A DNA stretch of 64,000 nucleotides, taken from assembly GCF_037042905.1 (NCBI RefSeq), contig NC_087263.1, positions 12,836,001-12,900,000 of the forward strand, given 5' to 3'. Position 1 is the stretch's first letter. Every line of letters begins with the position of its first letter. Source of the DNA: Lytechinus pictus. Its lineage: Eukaryota. Shown piece by piece: positions 13,337 through 26,612 of this stretch. The notes below the pieces were generated by a model. The model was given only the letters and a program-made list of their open reading frames with translations, was not told the origin of the DNA and did not search any database. The position numbers and the translations under genes are program-made.

Positions 13337-14156
13337 TATCCGAGGCCAGGCCAAGGAAAGTCATAAAAAGGGAGGTTAGACAGACTCTTCAAAAAAGATA
13401 GACAAATGGAGAGGATCTAATGGAAGTCTTTAATTTAAAGCCTAACGTTAAATTAAAAAGCCCTTTCTGTCGAGTGTTTCTCAAATTTCAAAAATTGTGA
13501 CTTGTGGCCATTCAAATTGCATTGAATCCATTTACTGGATGGTTATTCGCCGTTTAAACCGATATAACTTAAATAAATCATTTCAAATATGGACAAAAAT
13601 AATCTTTTCAGGTCATTTTCGATGTTTTATACATAATTAGAGCCTACAAATTTACTTGCTTCAGGGTGATTTTTAATAACAGCACTGCACCGGCAATGAC
13701 CTGCCGTGTAGTTGATACAACCGTGCATTACCGACACAAAAAGTCAAGTGTGGGACTGAGATTAAAATTGTGCAGTATAAAATCTTTTGAAGGCGAAATT
13801 TCGACCGGCGATAAAGATTCATTTTCATTATATTGAAAATGATATTTTTTCCTGGCATAGGTCTTAAATACATATATTCTCTGAAAACATACATGATGGA
13901 GAAATAATACTCTGAAAAATGAATATTTTCTACTTAGTCTCTTCCACAATCAGGATTATCGCAAGCAACATTTCGGTTCATCAGCTAGTCTTGTGCTGCA
14001 GACCCTGTTTACAGCTGCAAATCGTCTGCAAATCAGCTGCAACTTGCGTTCAATCGCAAGCCTTTTTCTTGCAACGCAAATTGGCGATTGATTGCTAGTT
14101 GCAGTCGATCGGAATCGGCTGCAAAGTTGCAACGCCCCATTAGACACTCACGGATA

Positions 14157-17136
14157 GGGAAAGGCGGGGTAAGTTGAGCATAGGGGCAAGTTGAGCCACC
14201 ACCCCCACGCCAATAATGAATGAGTCAGACATTGTGGTGGTGTCATGCATTCATGACCCATTACATAACCCTTAACCCCACCACATTGTTTTCAACTTTA
14301 AAACAAAAAGTACTTTTTTACAGGGAAAATACAAATTTTAGCCAAAAAAGTAAAAAAGAGTTAAATATAACTAGATTTTAATTCGTCATGAGGACGAATT
14401 ATGTGGTCTATCATGATTTTTCATTCAGTGTCGGCTAATGTTGTATGAAATGAATCATTTAGATATGATTGATAATCTTGATAATAGACATCATAGGAAT
14501 ACTTTTTGACCATTGCTAAATGTGATTATTAATGTGGTGATGACAACCGTGATGATTATAATGATGGTGGTGATAATGCAATACGGTAAATACAAAATGA
14601 AGTTTGGAGCACGTAAAATGCCTTAAAAACTCCTCAGAAATTTCAGACGATTTACCGAAATTGGCTTTCCAAAATTGCGCAATGAAAGGCGCCTTCATTT
14701 TCAGAGCAGCTAATTTTTAATCGACAGTTTCATGTTTTTTATGCAAAATCTTTTTAAAATTTCTTTGTACTGTCAGCAATTTTTCTTTTAAGATTTCAAG
14801 CAAGAATTTTCACAATGTCAGTGGGTATCAATTTCACAGAATGCTTGAAAATTCATAGGTGATACTTTTGAAAACTAAAATATCGTAAATATTTTTATTC
14901 AAAATGTCTGCTAAATTTCAATTATTTTTAATGAGAAGTTTCGCAATGCTATAATTTCACAGCATTCACTTCAAAACTCATCAGTGATGTATTTGATAAA
15001 AGAATTAAGTAAAATTTTTTTGGGGGAAACGTTTGCAAAATTTCTGCAAATTCCTAAACATTTCACATAATATTTTACGTCAAGAATTTTCAATATCCAT
15101 TTATTAATTGTGTATGACTTTAACATTTACTTGAAAATTCTTTCTTGATGATTTTACTGAAAAAGTCAGGTAAAATTTTCAAATACTGGCAATTTTCCCG
15201 CAAAATTTCGGGAAAATGTGTATTTAACTTAATTGCACAATTTTTTATTTCACAGAAGGTATCTGAAAATTTGTTATATGTTATATTTAGAGAAAATAAC
15301 CAAATAGATAAAAATCAAGGATTTTCCGCAAAATGTCCGGAATGAAATTTATCAACCAAATAGCGTTTCAATATTGCAGCGTTTACCAAAAAATGCATAA
15401 ATGATGTTTTACAATGTTAAAACTACCCCTTAAAAAGTTCCGGCAAAAAAAAAAAAAATGTCCTACATAAAAAACAGCAAGGCAAGTGAGCTTGAAATTT
15501 ACAGCAAGACCGTACAATTGATTAATAAAGCATTTTCTTTAAAAAAAATTAAAAATTAGGTCCAGAAAAAATTTGCAATAAATTAAACAGGTAATAACAC
15601 ACTGATGCTGTGGTTGAAAGTGAAAATTATTCACACATTATTTGTAAAGAATTGTCTTCACTACATCATATCAAAATTTGAGAGAAAATTGACCAGTAAT
15701 AACGAAGATACGGTCAAATATGCATAAATACGTTGACGTAATTGCGAAAATGTGTAATTTTCACTTCTAACGTAATTACACAATCTCCAGATGAGATTTT
15801 GACTATATCCAAGAGTGAGGAAAAATTGGGGGTCAACGGACTCCCTGAAGAGCTACAGTGAATTTTATATAGGCATATTTTTGCCCACTTATGACTTATT
15901 TTGCGAGTTTGCACGCGCGTGTAATGCAATTTTGAATGGACGCGCATTCCCGTATTATTGGTCGTAAGAGGTTGAATGAGGTATCAAATTAATCAGAAGA
16001 TAATGGACAATGGACAGACATAATATAAATGACGACTCGAAGATGCATACCGATGGTAGGTGCAAGAACGCGCACGCATACCTGTGCGCGCGCAAATTCT
16101 TGACATGCTCAAAATGGTCTGAAACGTACCCAAACTTGACCACGGTCGATTTTGAGAATTTTAAAATTTTGACGCACGCGTACGTGCGCGTCGTGACCTT
16201 TGCATGACCTCTGATGACATGTCCTGATGACCTGTCACCTGAACTTGATATGATGCAAATATGGATTATTTTTTATGATTAGTTGCGATGATATGATCAA
16301 TAATTTAATTTTACAAAATGGCGCCTAGATGACGTCATCATGATTTGATAACCTTGAAAAGTTTCGTTTCGCGATTCCATAATAATTTCCATACATGACA
16401 TGAAAATCAAAAAATTTGACAAGCCCGATTTTGAGAGAAAGTGGGAACAAAATTTGGCAATAAAAATAAATAAAGTAAAATCTGACGAATATAAAAGGTG
16501 ATCTGTCATATTCATGACAGACCACCTAATAAAGAAATAAGAAAAATATTGTTAGTCCAGGTATGGATTATCATTCTTGTCATAGTCTTTTACATGATGG
16601 ATGCATAAGGAATGTGTGGATATGAAAATATCGCATTAAGTTTGGACTTGGGTAATTTGTGCCAGCCAACATGGGGCAAGTTGAGCCATGGTAATTCTGA
16701 TGGTAATGTGTAATAAAAAACAAACAAACCTTAAAAATCCATTGATATGCAGGAAGAAAGGAGAAAATTCACATTACAGTTCTTTTACTTTTAGAGGATG
16801 TTAGTATTTATAGAGAATTAACAAATGAAAAGACTTTAAATAAAAATGGACATGCCGGTTCTTCCCGCATACATTTTGTGCATAGTTTTTGTGGCTCAAC
16901 TTACCCCTGAAGGTGGCACAACTTACCCCACAGATGGGGCAAGTTGAGCCATTTGACATCATATTTTTCAAAGGTCACAATGACTTTTAGTGTGGGGGTA
17001 GAAAGTTATATATAGGTGAACAATATTTCCCAAGAATCAAATTTAAAGGCAAGGTACTTAACACTACAATAATATTAGTCATATCAATTCTAACATGCAA
17101 AATGCAAAAAGTGTCACAACTTACCCCGCCTTCCCC
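14157..17136. mobile_element. TIR MITE with TA TSD (Tc1/mariner-pogo type), interrupted by a Helentron-like element
   Basis: ta|gggaaaggcggggtaagttg ... caacttaccccgccttcccc|ta; internal repeats of ggggcaagttgagcca at 14183, 16673 and 16935. Confidence 0.85.
14369..16530 (-). mobile_element. Non-autonomous Helentron/DINE-1-like element, copy 2
   Basis: + strand begins aactagattttaattcgtcatgaggacgaatt (as at 11707) and ends aggtgatctgtc-atattcat-gacagaccacctaat (hairpin); sits in an A-rich site with no TSD. Confidence 0.8.
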
Positions 17137-17811
17137 TAAATGTCAAATTGGCGATTCCATGCTAGATAAATCAACCATTTTCACACTTTTCAACCTGCTG
17201 TCCAAACAAACGAGGAACTTCAATTTGTTTTGTGGTAATAATAAAGTACTACTGGGTAGTCATGTAAAAATTGATAACCAATGATGTCCATGGGTATATT
17301 AAAGTTGAAAATGTTGAACATAATCCAATATTTTTGTTGGTTATCACTTTTTCGCATGACTACCCACAATAAATTTATCATTACGAAAATAAAATGTTAT
17401 TGCTCAAGCAATCAGCTAAGAAAATAAGAGATTGATGTCTAAATGTCCCGTACGACACTATGGAATCGCCTAAATATATTCTGAGACAGTTTAAAAGTTG
17501 TTTTGTGAATAAAAAGATGTGTAGAAAGTACAAAATTCTATGACAACATTTGTTCCTCGTTCTTAATCAAAGTTCGTCCTTCCCACACCCCCTATGAGTC
17601 AAAATAATATTTGGTAAACAACATTCTCATGCTACTATACATACCGACCATGGTACTTTCAAACTTGTCCCATTATCAAATTAGTCATTCTATCAGTTTA
17701 AAGTTTTGGCAGTTGGCTAATAATAGCGTCGTTACGGAAAGCACCTCGATATGGAGCGATGCTTTTCACCATCACCCTCACAAACAGTCCATATGTGAAT
17801 CGTATCAAATC

Positions 17812-17995
17812 ACCGTTGTGGCCGAGTGGTCTAAGGCGCCTGGCTATACATGGAAAGTCTGGGGGTTCGATCCCTGGCCGCGGCACCTATGCCCGTGAGC
17901 AAGGCAATTAATCTACAATGCTATTTTATCCTGCTTTCAAATAAATGAAAATGCTACATGCATTATTGGTAACTAGGTGTGCGCTTGTAAGTTAC
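17812..17995 (+). mobile_element. tRNA-derived SINE (second family)
   Basis: A box tggccgagtgg (17819-17829), B box ggttcgatccc (17864-17874), then the SINE-body motif gcccgtgagcaaggca; no Pol III terminator after the head. Confidence 0.75.
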
Positions 17996-18046
17996 AATAA
18001 GCAGGCCTTTAATATGTGTGGATTTTAAATTGACACGTGCTCCTTG

Positions 18047-21000
18047 TAGTCAGGTCCAGATTTGAGAAAAGTATACTGCCTTAGGCAAATCGTGTTAATG
18101 CTGAATTGAGAAGTGTTTTAGCATAATTTGAGGGCGCTGAGTCCAAATTTCATGTTTGCCAACCTTGATTTTGACGTTAAAATCCTCAAATTGGCAAAAA
18201 CAATATGGCCGCCATTCTACACCCTTTTTTGCTCTATTCTTAACCCCAAAACTTGTAACAAAAATGTTTGCCAATGGTTTTTGGTAATATTTGATCTCAG
18301 GAATAACATACTAAAAATCTACCAAAACCAGGATCTGGGAAAATGGGTATTTTCAAGATGGCGTCTAAGATGGCCGCCATTAGCTGAAAATTAAAATAAC
18401 CGACACTTTATCTACCCTAGACATCTTTTTCGGTGCATATATGTATTCAATGGTGTAGGCAGTAAAAGGAAAGAGTGAACATAAGCACTCCAGGGTACCT
18501 GAAAATCCAAGATTGCTTAAAAATCGCTGCCATGGCCTAAAAATCCACAATTCATCTATTCCCTATTTTAGTGTCTTTTATTTGGGTGTTATTCATTGGT
18601 GATTTCAAGGGTCAAGTTACAAAAGGGCAGTCAACGGTCCACTATGTCCAAAAATCCAAGATGGCTTTCAAAATTGGAGTCTAAAATAGCTGTTGTTATT
18701 TAAAAACTCTAAAACCCAACATAGTTTGATATCTGCCTTGGAGATATGATGTTGGTGTCTAAACCATGGTTTAATGGGTCAAGAAATACGTTGGGACAAG
18801 TAACAATGACAGTCTATGGTCCTCCATGTCCAAAAAATCCAAGATGGTTTACAAAAATGGAGTATAAAATGTCTGTCGTTAATTACAAACCGACACAGTT
18901 TGTTTAATAACCGCCTGGAGAATATGATTTTTTAGTATAACCGTAGTAGGTCCATGGTATAACCCATAGTTTAAAGGGTGAAGTATTATATTGGGACAAG
19001 TTACAAGGACAGTTAGTGGTTCCAGCATTTCTAAAAATCCACAATGGCTCCCCAAAATTGAGTCTATATAATGGCCGTTAATCTTACCGAAAACTGATAG
19101 TTTGTCTAATACCAGTCTGGGGTATATGATTTTGATGTTTAACCCGTGGTTTAAAGGGTCAAGTAATAAATTAGGACAAGTTACAAGGACAGTCAAATGT
19201 CCAGCATGTCCAAGAATCCAAAAGGCTTCCAAAATTTGATTCGAATATGGCAATTGTCACCTAAAAACTGACATAGTTTGTTTAATATGCGCCTGGGGTA
19301 TATGATTATGTTGTCAACCCTTCGTTTAAATGGTCAAGTACTGCACTCGGATATTAAGTTACAAGGGCAATCAATGGTCTTGTATGTCTAAAAATCCAAG
19401 ATGGTTTCAAATAAAGGAGTCTAAAATGGCTGCTGATACTTAAAAATTTACATAATCCATTTAGAATCCATATGGGAGATATGATTTTGGTGTCTACACT
19501 ATGGTTTCAAGGCTTAAATAATACTTTTGGATTAGTTATACAATGGTATGAAGATGCCCATTTTGCCTATTATTCAAAGCTGGCTTTCAAAATGAGTCTA
19601 AAAAGACTTCAAAAGATCTACACCATTGTGGTTTGAGGCTAAAATAATAAAGCGGAACAAATAACAAGGATGGTCAGTTTTCCGTTTCGTCGTAAAAAGT
19701 CCGAAGCGACTTCTAAATTTGCGTAATAATGACTGCTGTCCCCTAATCATGAAACCATAGGATATTCCTAAGCACTTAAATGACGTGTCTTGAAATACTT
19801 ATCAGTCAATTATGGAACTTTTTAGGTGAAAATGTACCTTATTTTTTAAAGCTTGTTTTCGGATGTTTAATTATCGTTGCACCACCATCTAATTATGTCA
19901 CTAACTCTTGTAAAACATATTTTTTTATGAGTCTTAAAACAGAGACACCAAAATAATGGCGCTAGATGGGATATGAAGTATTGCCATTTTTTATCAATCG
20001 TGGCCACTTCGAATGTAACTTTTGGAGCGTTCTTAATTTTTTTGACAAAATGGACAACAGCGTATCCCTGTAATTCGTCTTCATCTATACTTTTTTACCC
20101 TTGAAATCATAACAAAGACACAAAAAAGCCTCTAGGTAGATAGTATATGCACTTTGCAGCCAAATTTTTAAGAAATAGCAGCTATTTTTTTAAGCCTGCC
20201 ATCATCATTTTTAGGCAAAACTTGACCACTGATGAACCTTGAAATTTTTTCTATGTAATTTTCCATTTCGAACCATGACTTTTTTATGTTTTATTTTTTT
20301 CTCGGTAGACCCCAAAGTTATTTCTACCAGGTGGATATTATATCAATTTGGACAATTTCAAAGTTACAACGTCTATTATAGACGCCATTTTGGAAGGTTA
20401 TCTTGGATGCTCTGACACACCCACTGACTATCTTGTTAACATGTCCTGATTCATTATTTGCCTTGAAAGCTTTTTGATGATTTTGATTTGGATGATTTAC
20501 TTTAATTTTTGGAGTTGATGGTACAACGTCTGCCGTTTTGGACGCTATGTTGGATTTCCAGGTACCCTTCACGACCTTTTGTAACTATAACCTGTCTCAA
20601 TTAACTTTTATAAATCCTAAGTTCATGAAATATACATCTATACCCTACAAGTTATGATATTTCAAAAACTTAACCTCGGTTAAGATTTGATGTTGACTTC
20701 GCCGCCACCATGGTCATCGCCGCCGTCGGAAAAGCGGCGTCCATATCTTGATTCCGCTATGCAGACGAGGAAAAATGGCGGACATGTTAAAGATATCACA
20801 ATGTGATTATGCCAGCATCGCCCCAAAATTAACAAACATCTGGCCATATTATTAATCAATCAGCAGCTGTGAACCATGGCAGCCATCTTGGAATTAAATA
20901 TGGCTGACGAATCAATCGCACACATATGTTTGCAACCATGGGTATAAAAAATAATGCATAGACCCAATTTCTGAAATATAATCACCCATAAAAAATCGTT

Positions 21001-21202
21001 TAATATGGGAAACTGCATTCAAAATGCCGCCATTTTCTTTTTTGCCGATTTGAGGATGAAAACGTCGGAATCATGTTTGGCAAACAGCATTTTTGGATTC
21101 AGCACCCCTGAATTACCTTAAAACAATTAATAAATCAGCATTAACACAACGTGCCTAAAGCACTTTTTTCTGAGCACATTTTTTAAAATCTGGACCTGAC
21201 TA
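18047..21202. mobile_element. 3.2-kb non-autonomous TIR element with an internal ~120-bp tandem array
   Basis: tagtcaggtccagattt ... aaatctggacctgacta; subterminal inverted match gtgttaatgctga / tcagcattaacac; aaatccaagatggc motif repeats about every 120 bp over 18500-19600; ttg on both flanks. Confidence 0.82.
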
Positions 21203-22538
21203 TTGTATAATACGGTAGGCCTAATAATCATTAATCTTGACTGACATTTTTGCTGGCATATTGATAGAGTTAACTAGAAGATACCGATGAAACAGCACTT
21301 TGCGTACACACGTACGGGGTCAGCTGTTTGTGGAAGTTATCAATTGACTCAGAGCGCATAGTTTGTGGTCCGGGTTACGTCTTTCGAATCGTGCTAATGG
21401 CTACGGTAAAGGTCAATCTTCAGACATAATTATGTAATGACATTTGAATGATAAAACGTCTGTAAACACTTCGTTCACGTACCCACACACACTCACACTA
21501 CTGACTCTAACTGCGTACACATGGCACAAAAAAACCGTGATTATCATAAAGCTGCACCAGCTTATTTTTTATTTAGTTCCCATCAAGATTCCCTCCCTAA
21601 AACAATAAATGTTATATTTCATACGGCAAGACACCCTTTTTTTCAAATGTCATCCCAAAAAACTACACACAGGCCCGGCGAATGCAGGATGACATTCGCG
21701 CCTTCACTTTAATCTATTATTCTTTTTCAATGATCCAACATATAAATCAAGATTTTGATAATGATAATAATAATAAAAAAATTATTATTATTACTATTAC
21801 TATTATTATTATTATTGTAATTATTATTATATTAACTTATGGAGGGCTTAACAATTACTTTATCAGAAGTCTCCAAGCGCTCTACAGTCATGCAGTTTAC
21901 CCCCTCCCCCCAAAAAAAGTCAGCCGCTTGCTACATACATGTAAATGTAGAGGTTTTTTCCCCTCTTTATTCGTATATCATATATGTCATAGAACAATGA
22001 AATACAAGCGAATAATCCTCTAGGATATCATTGACCTTGTCTCCTCCTTTCGAGATGTAGTTTAAATGAGGCTGCCCCTCTTACTCGTTTACACATCATA
22101 CGCATCAGCAGGTTTGAGGATAAGACATTCATCGCTGACCGACAAAAGTGTCCGAGGTTAAGATTGTTACTTCAACTGAGACGTAAGGAAACACCCCTAG
22201 CATTCGATGAAACCAATTCAGATGACAAAAACGCTTCTTGACGATATTTATGAAAAGAGTACGTCACAGGGAACTCTCTTATTTCGCAATTAAACATATA
22301 CATACAGGTATTACTTTGAAAATGTATCCAAAATGTTTGAAAAAATGGTTTCTATTGCTGAAAGATTCAAAATTCGGATTGATAATGTTGCCATGCATAG
22401 TTTTATGGATTTCTGTTAAGAAATTTAGGTTGTGATAATGTTAATAATATGGCTATTTGTTTCCTTTTACGATGTAATACATTATATATATATATATATA
22501 TGTAATACAATATATATATATGTATATATATATATATA

Positions 22539-24392
22539 CACAAAATAAAAAAAGTAAGTCCCCCTAAATCAAATTGCTGTAACTTTTGAACGGAACAATT
22601 TTGAAATATGATATTTCGTAGGTATATATCAAGCAGTGAGATTGATCGGTTGAGTCATGCATGAGTAATTAAAGATTGCATTAAAAATGACAATTTTTGA
22701 AAGTCACAAGAGTCGTTTTTTAGATTGTGTAAATACAAAGTTGGGCAAAGGTTGTTTTTTGGATGAATTTTTTAGTGTCAATGCTGTTTTACTATCCATC
22801 ATTTAGCCACCTCACACAAAATGTTGATACCGTATGTTTATGGTAGAGTGAGCACAATGTTTTGTGACGTACCATCAAAGGTTTATGGCAGTATCCCTAC
22901 AACTTGTTAAAACATGTTAAAATTTGAAAATGTTGTTGGCTCCCCAATTACTCGGCCCCTCCCCATTTTAAAATTCTGGATCCACCACTGATTTGTCCAT
23001 AAATTCAACTGATCCTGAGATATTGTTAGGAAAAGAATACATTTATGTAGTATAAAGATTATTCATTCCCAAGTTTTTGAATGTGCTCGCTCAACCATGA
23101 AAATGTAAAAAGTTCGGAAAGTGAGTGGTGATAAAACTAATGAATGATAAAAACAACAGCAATTAAGTCACATTTGAAACCAAATTTGCCCCCATTATTC
23201 ACTTTATTACCCCTCAAAATGAGTGTGTGACATTGAAAATGCCCCTTTTCCCACTTTGATGCATGCTCACTCATCCATGAATAAACATATCGATTTCATT
23301 TTTGCACAGAATTCTGCCCGTAGGTTGATAAACATAACTGCCAAATGACATTGCTAAAGACAGCCTTGAAAAAAAGTTCCACCATAATGAATAAGGGGTC
23401 ACCTATTCTTAAACATATGCACCAATAGTGTACACGATGTATATGAGAGAGGAAGTAAAAAAATTAACAAAAATGAAATGAGGGTTTGTTTCATGGACGG
23501 TTTTTGTTACTTCTGACAACAATTTTTTCATAAAACTTCGCACATGGCTTCAGACACACCAAAATAATAGAGTGAGGCCAAGGCCTTAAACTTTCTTCTC
23601 ATTTGCATAATTTTCGAATATTTTGTGCTCACTGAAGCATTAGACATTGGGATTTTTTACAAAAATCAAATCAAATGAACTATGCAAGGATGTCTATGAC
23701 AGATATCCATAGTTAGCAATTGCATTTTTTCCAATAACGCAAAAAGAGCTAATCACATTCAACATGTTCATTCAAGCGTGAATGTTTAATTAACCGCATT
23801 TGAATCATTGAAGCATGTTAATTGGGCATGAACATAACGAAAAAAAGTTGAGAAGAGATCATTTCAGTGACCGAAATGAAACAATACTTGCCTATGATAT
23901 TTGAAATTCATATTTTTTGCTTTCATTAAATGTTCATTGATCCGTGAAACGATGAGTATTGTTGAAGATACTCTTCCCAAAAATAATTGTCATCATATTC
24001 GATCATGTTTATCGATAGAAATGTGTAAAAAATCAAATTATAGCAAATTTTAACTTGTGTTTATTCAACCGTGAAATTTAGCAAAAAAATTGTATCGTCT
24101 TTTAGAAAGTACCTTTTACAAGCCTTCTGACTATTTTTCATGATGAGAATGTGAATTCGTTCCAATTAAGTGGAATCAAATCATGATGTTTGGCTTGTGA
24201 CTTTTGAAAAGTGACAATTTTACCTTCTGGCGGTGTTCACTGAAGCATGACATAAAATACGTCCATAACATTTACTCAGAGGGTAGCTTATAAAATTACC
24301 TACATGCTCATTTAAAAATATATTAAAAACTTGCTTTGGTTCGGAAATTATGGATGTTTGTTTAAGGGGGGACTTACTTTTTTTGTTGTGTG
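22539..24392. mobile_element. 1.85-kb non-autonomous TIR element inserted in (TA)n
   Basis: ta|cacaaaataaaaaaagtaagtccccct ... ggggggacttactttttttgttgtgtg|ta; (TA)n on both sides; no ORF. Confidence 0.82.
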
Positions 24393-26530
24393 TATATATA
24401 TATATATGGTACAATGAGATGAAAGTCAATTTTATCGAGGTAAACAAGTAAACAAGAAAAGATTCAATTTAATACTTTTCATGAAATGGAAATTGTAGAA
24501 ATAGTATTTATATTACAAAAAATATGTCCCTGTCCCGAAATATGAATGGGAAATACAACTTGCTATTCAAAACAAAGATATATTGAATTCCTCTTTTAGA
24601 ACTTTTGTAAAGAATAAATCTTGAAATTTGAGTTGAGTATAAAATAACTTTCAATCGTAAAACTTGAGTTTTTTAAATTGGTGTGGCCAGGCTGGGGCAA
24701 GACGTTCAAAATGTGACATCACGTTTTCACATCGTTTTATCGGGGCTATTAGTGAGTTCTTTGGCCAAGACCCTCCTTTTTATACTCTTTTCCTCCCCCC
24801 CCCCCCTTCGTCTCTATTTCATTTCTTAAAATATCCAAAGCGCTCGGTTGCCCCACTTCCCCTTTTGATGGAACCCTTTTTTTTTTTTTTTGGAAATGGT
24901 ATTCAATTTTATGAAGATGGAAGGCTACAGGATATTTGCTCATGCACGAGAATGCATTTCTATAGATTGAATAATAATCGATTTTAAACAAAACCGAATA
25001 AGTGAACGGTTAAATGCCAAGTACAATGTCTGGAAGAAGAAGAAATAATTAAGATACTCTCACACGAACGTTGGCCTGTACTGTTTCCCCCAAAAAATAA
25101 TAAGAAGAAGAACCTCTTTCCTAAATGGGTCGTTAAAATACATCGAGTTCAAGGGTTCAGAGTTTTTCATATTTCCTTCTCGCATTGGTCATGACGGGGG
25201 AGTTCTATATTTAAGCAGCTACGTGTGTTTTGTTATACCATCGGCTTCATTTCACACTTAGTGATTTAAAGTTCACCCTGCTTTTGAAACGATGAAGTTG
25301 GCTCGTCTGACATTTTTAGCCACAAATGGCCGATTTTTCATGGTATGTTTTCATCGATTATTATTATCTTTAGGAGTACACTAGAAAATGCATAATTGTA
25401 TACATTCCAAAACATTTTCTAGAATAAATGCGATAAGTGATTCATGTTTTTCTTGATTTTTTAAGGCAAAATTATGAGATCGTAGGAATTATCAAAGATT
25501 GAATTACAAAATGTGCAAATACCCTCAGATTAATAAAACAATGCCATTGGCGCCAGAATGTGCTGATAACACCATGGTTAATTATATTGTTATTCCATGA
25601 CATCTTCAACCTTGGTTTTGGGGCGTCACTGCAAGCACAATAGTCAAAATGTAATCCAGAATCGCAAATATTCGAACGTGAAATTACAGGATTCTATTAA
25701 AAAAGTAATCATATTGTCTTTCTGACTTAAAGTTCTAAGCTCAGTTGAAGCAAATCCGCACTACACCAGGTAACCCATATGAACATAAAGAAATAGTTTT
25801 CGCTATGTGTGAGTTTCCTCTTTCTTCTCCCGTCTTCATTTCTAACTCGGTAAACTTGAATTCAATAGCAATTCATTCGTTGCTAAATCCTACTTCACAT
25901 TCGTGACGGAGTGCAGAAACCCCCGCGTGATTGACGTTTGATAGCTCGCAAAATGGATAGTATTGCAGACATAGAAAACAAAGAGAATCTCATTTATGTG
26001 ATGACTGCTTTCTCCGTATGCCATTAGCAGAATAAAACAAGGAAAGGCAAGAGGAAACAATAATGAACCTCTCTCGCCATAAGCGGCGCGGCGGAGGTAG
26101 TGTTACCATGACAACGAAGATGCTCCACGCCTTCCTGTACAAGTCTTCCCCACAGGAGGCCGAGATGGCAGCCTCCTGATATAAGTACTGGTAGAGGTTC
26201 GCTTAATTCATTAGCAACCGGCTTGATCAAGATTCCGCTTTGATATTTGATTAGTTCATGTTGACAAAAAAAAATTGCTCTATTCATCGCGAGGCGTCTC
26301 TGGCTCATCGGGATGTCATTCACACACGGGGTCCGAGCGAGCGATTGAACGAAGAAGCTTAACCCGATCAACTCTTGATGCGGAGAACAGTCCAGTCAAA
26401 AAACTTTTAAGCCGCGTCGGAAAGTTGCTCCCGGTCTTATGGTCAGATGGTAGGAGATTGATATATGGGAATTTCCTTTGACAGACAAGAGTTCATCGTG
26501 GAACTTCCAAAGAGGCAGTTGTGCTTCATC

Positions 26531-26612
26531 ATGAATGATTTGCGATGTGGATGCATATCTCTGCATGGAGCCTTCTTATTTGCAGTATTCGCAGTAGCCC
26601 TGTGTCGAGCTG
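26531..26612 (+). CDS. Exon 1: signal peptide
   Basis: atcATG start; MNDLRCGCISLHGAFLFAVFAVALCRA+G; donor g|gtaaat, phase 1. Confidence 0.75.

Larger units (their letters stand above)
4118..14140. mobile_element. ~10-kb decayed TIR DNA transposon acting as a container for nested insertions (superfamily uncertain, Harbinger-like ends)
   Basis: Left end (ta)atggggtgttgcaag at 4116-4132; right end ttgcaacgccccat(ta) at 14127-14142; both ends carry related subterminal motifs (ttgcgattgaacgcaa / ttgcgttcaatcgcaa) over ~200 bp. No intact transposase ORF. Confidence 0.55.

Noticed and set aside
17812..17886. tRNA genes at SINE heads (6165, 17812, 30621, 40065-40136)
   Set aside because: A/B boxes are present, but the heads run directly into SINE bodies without a terminator and do not form full cloverleaves.
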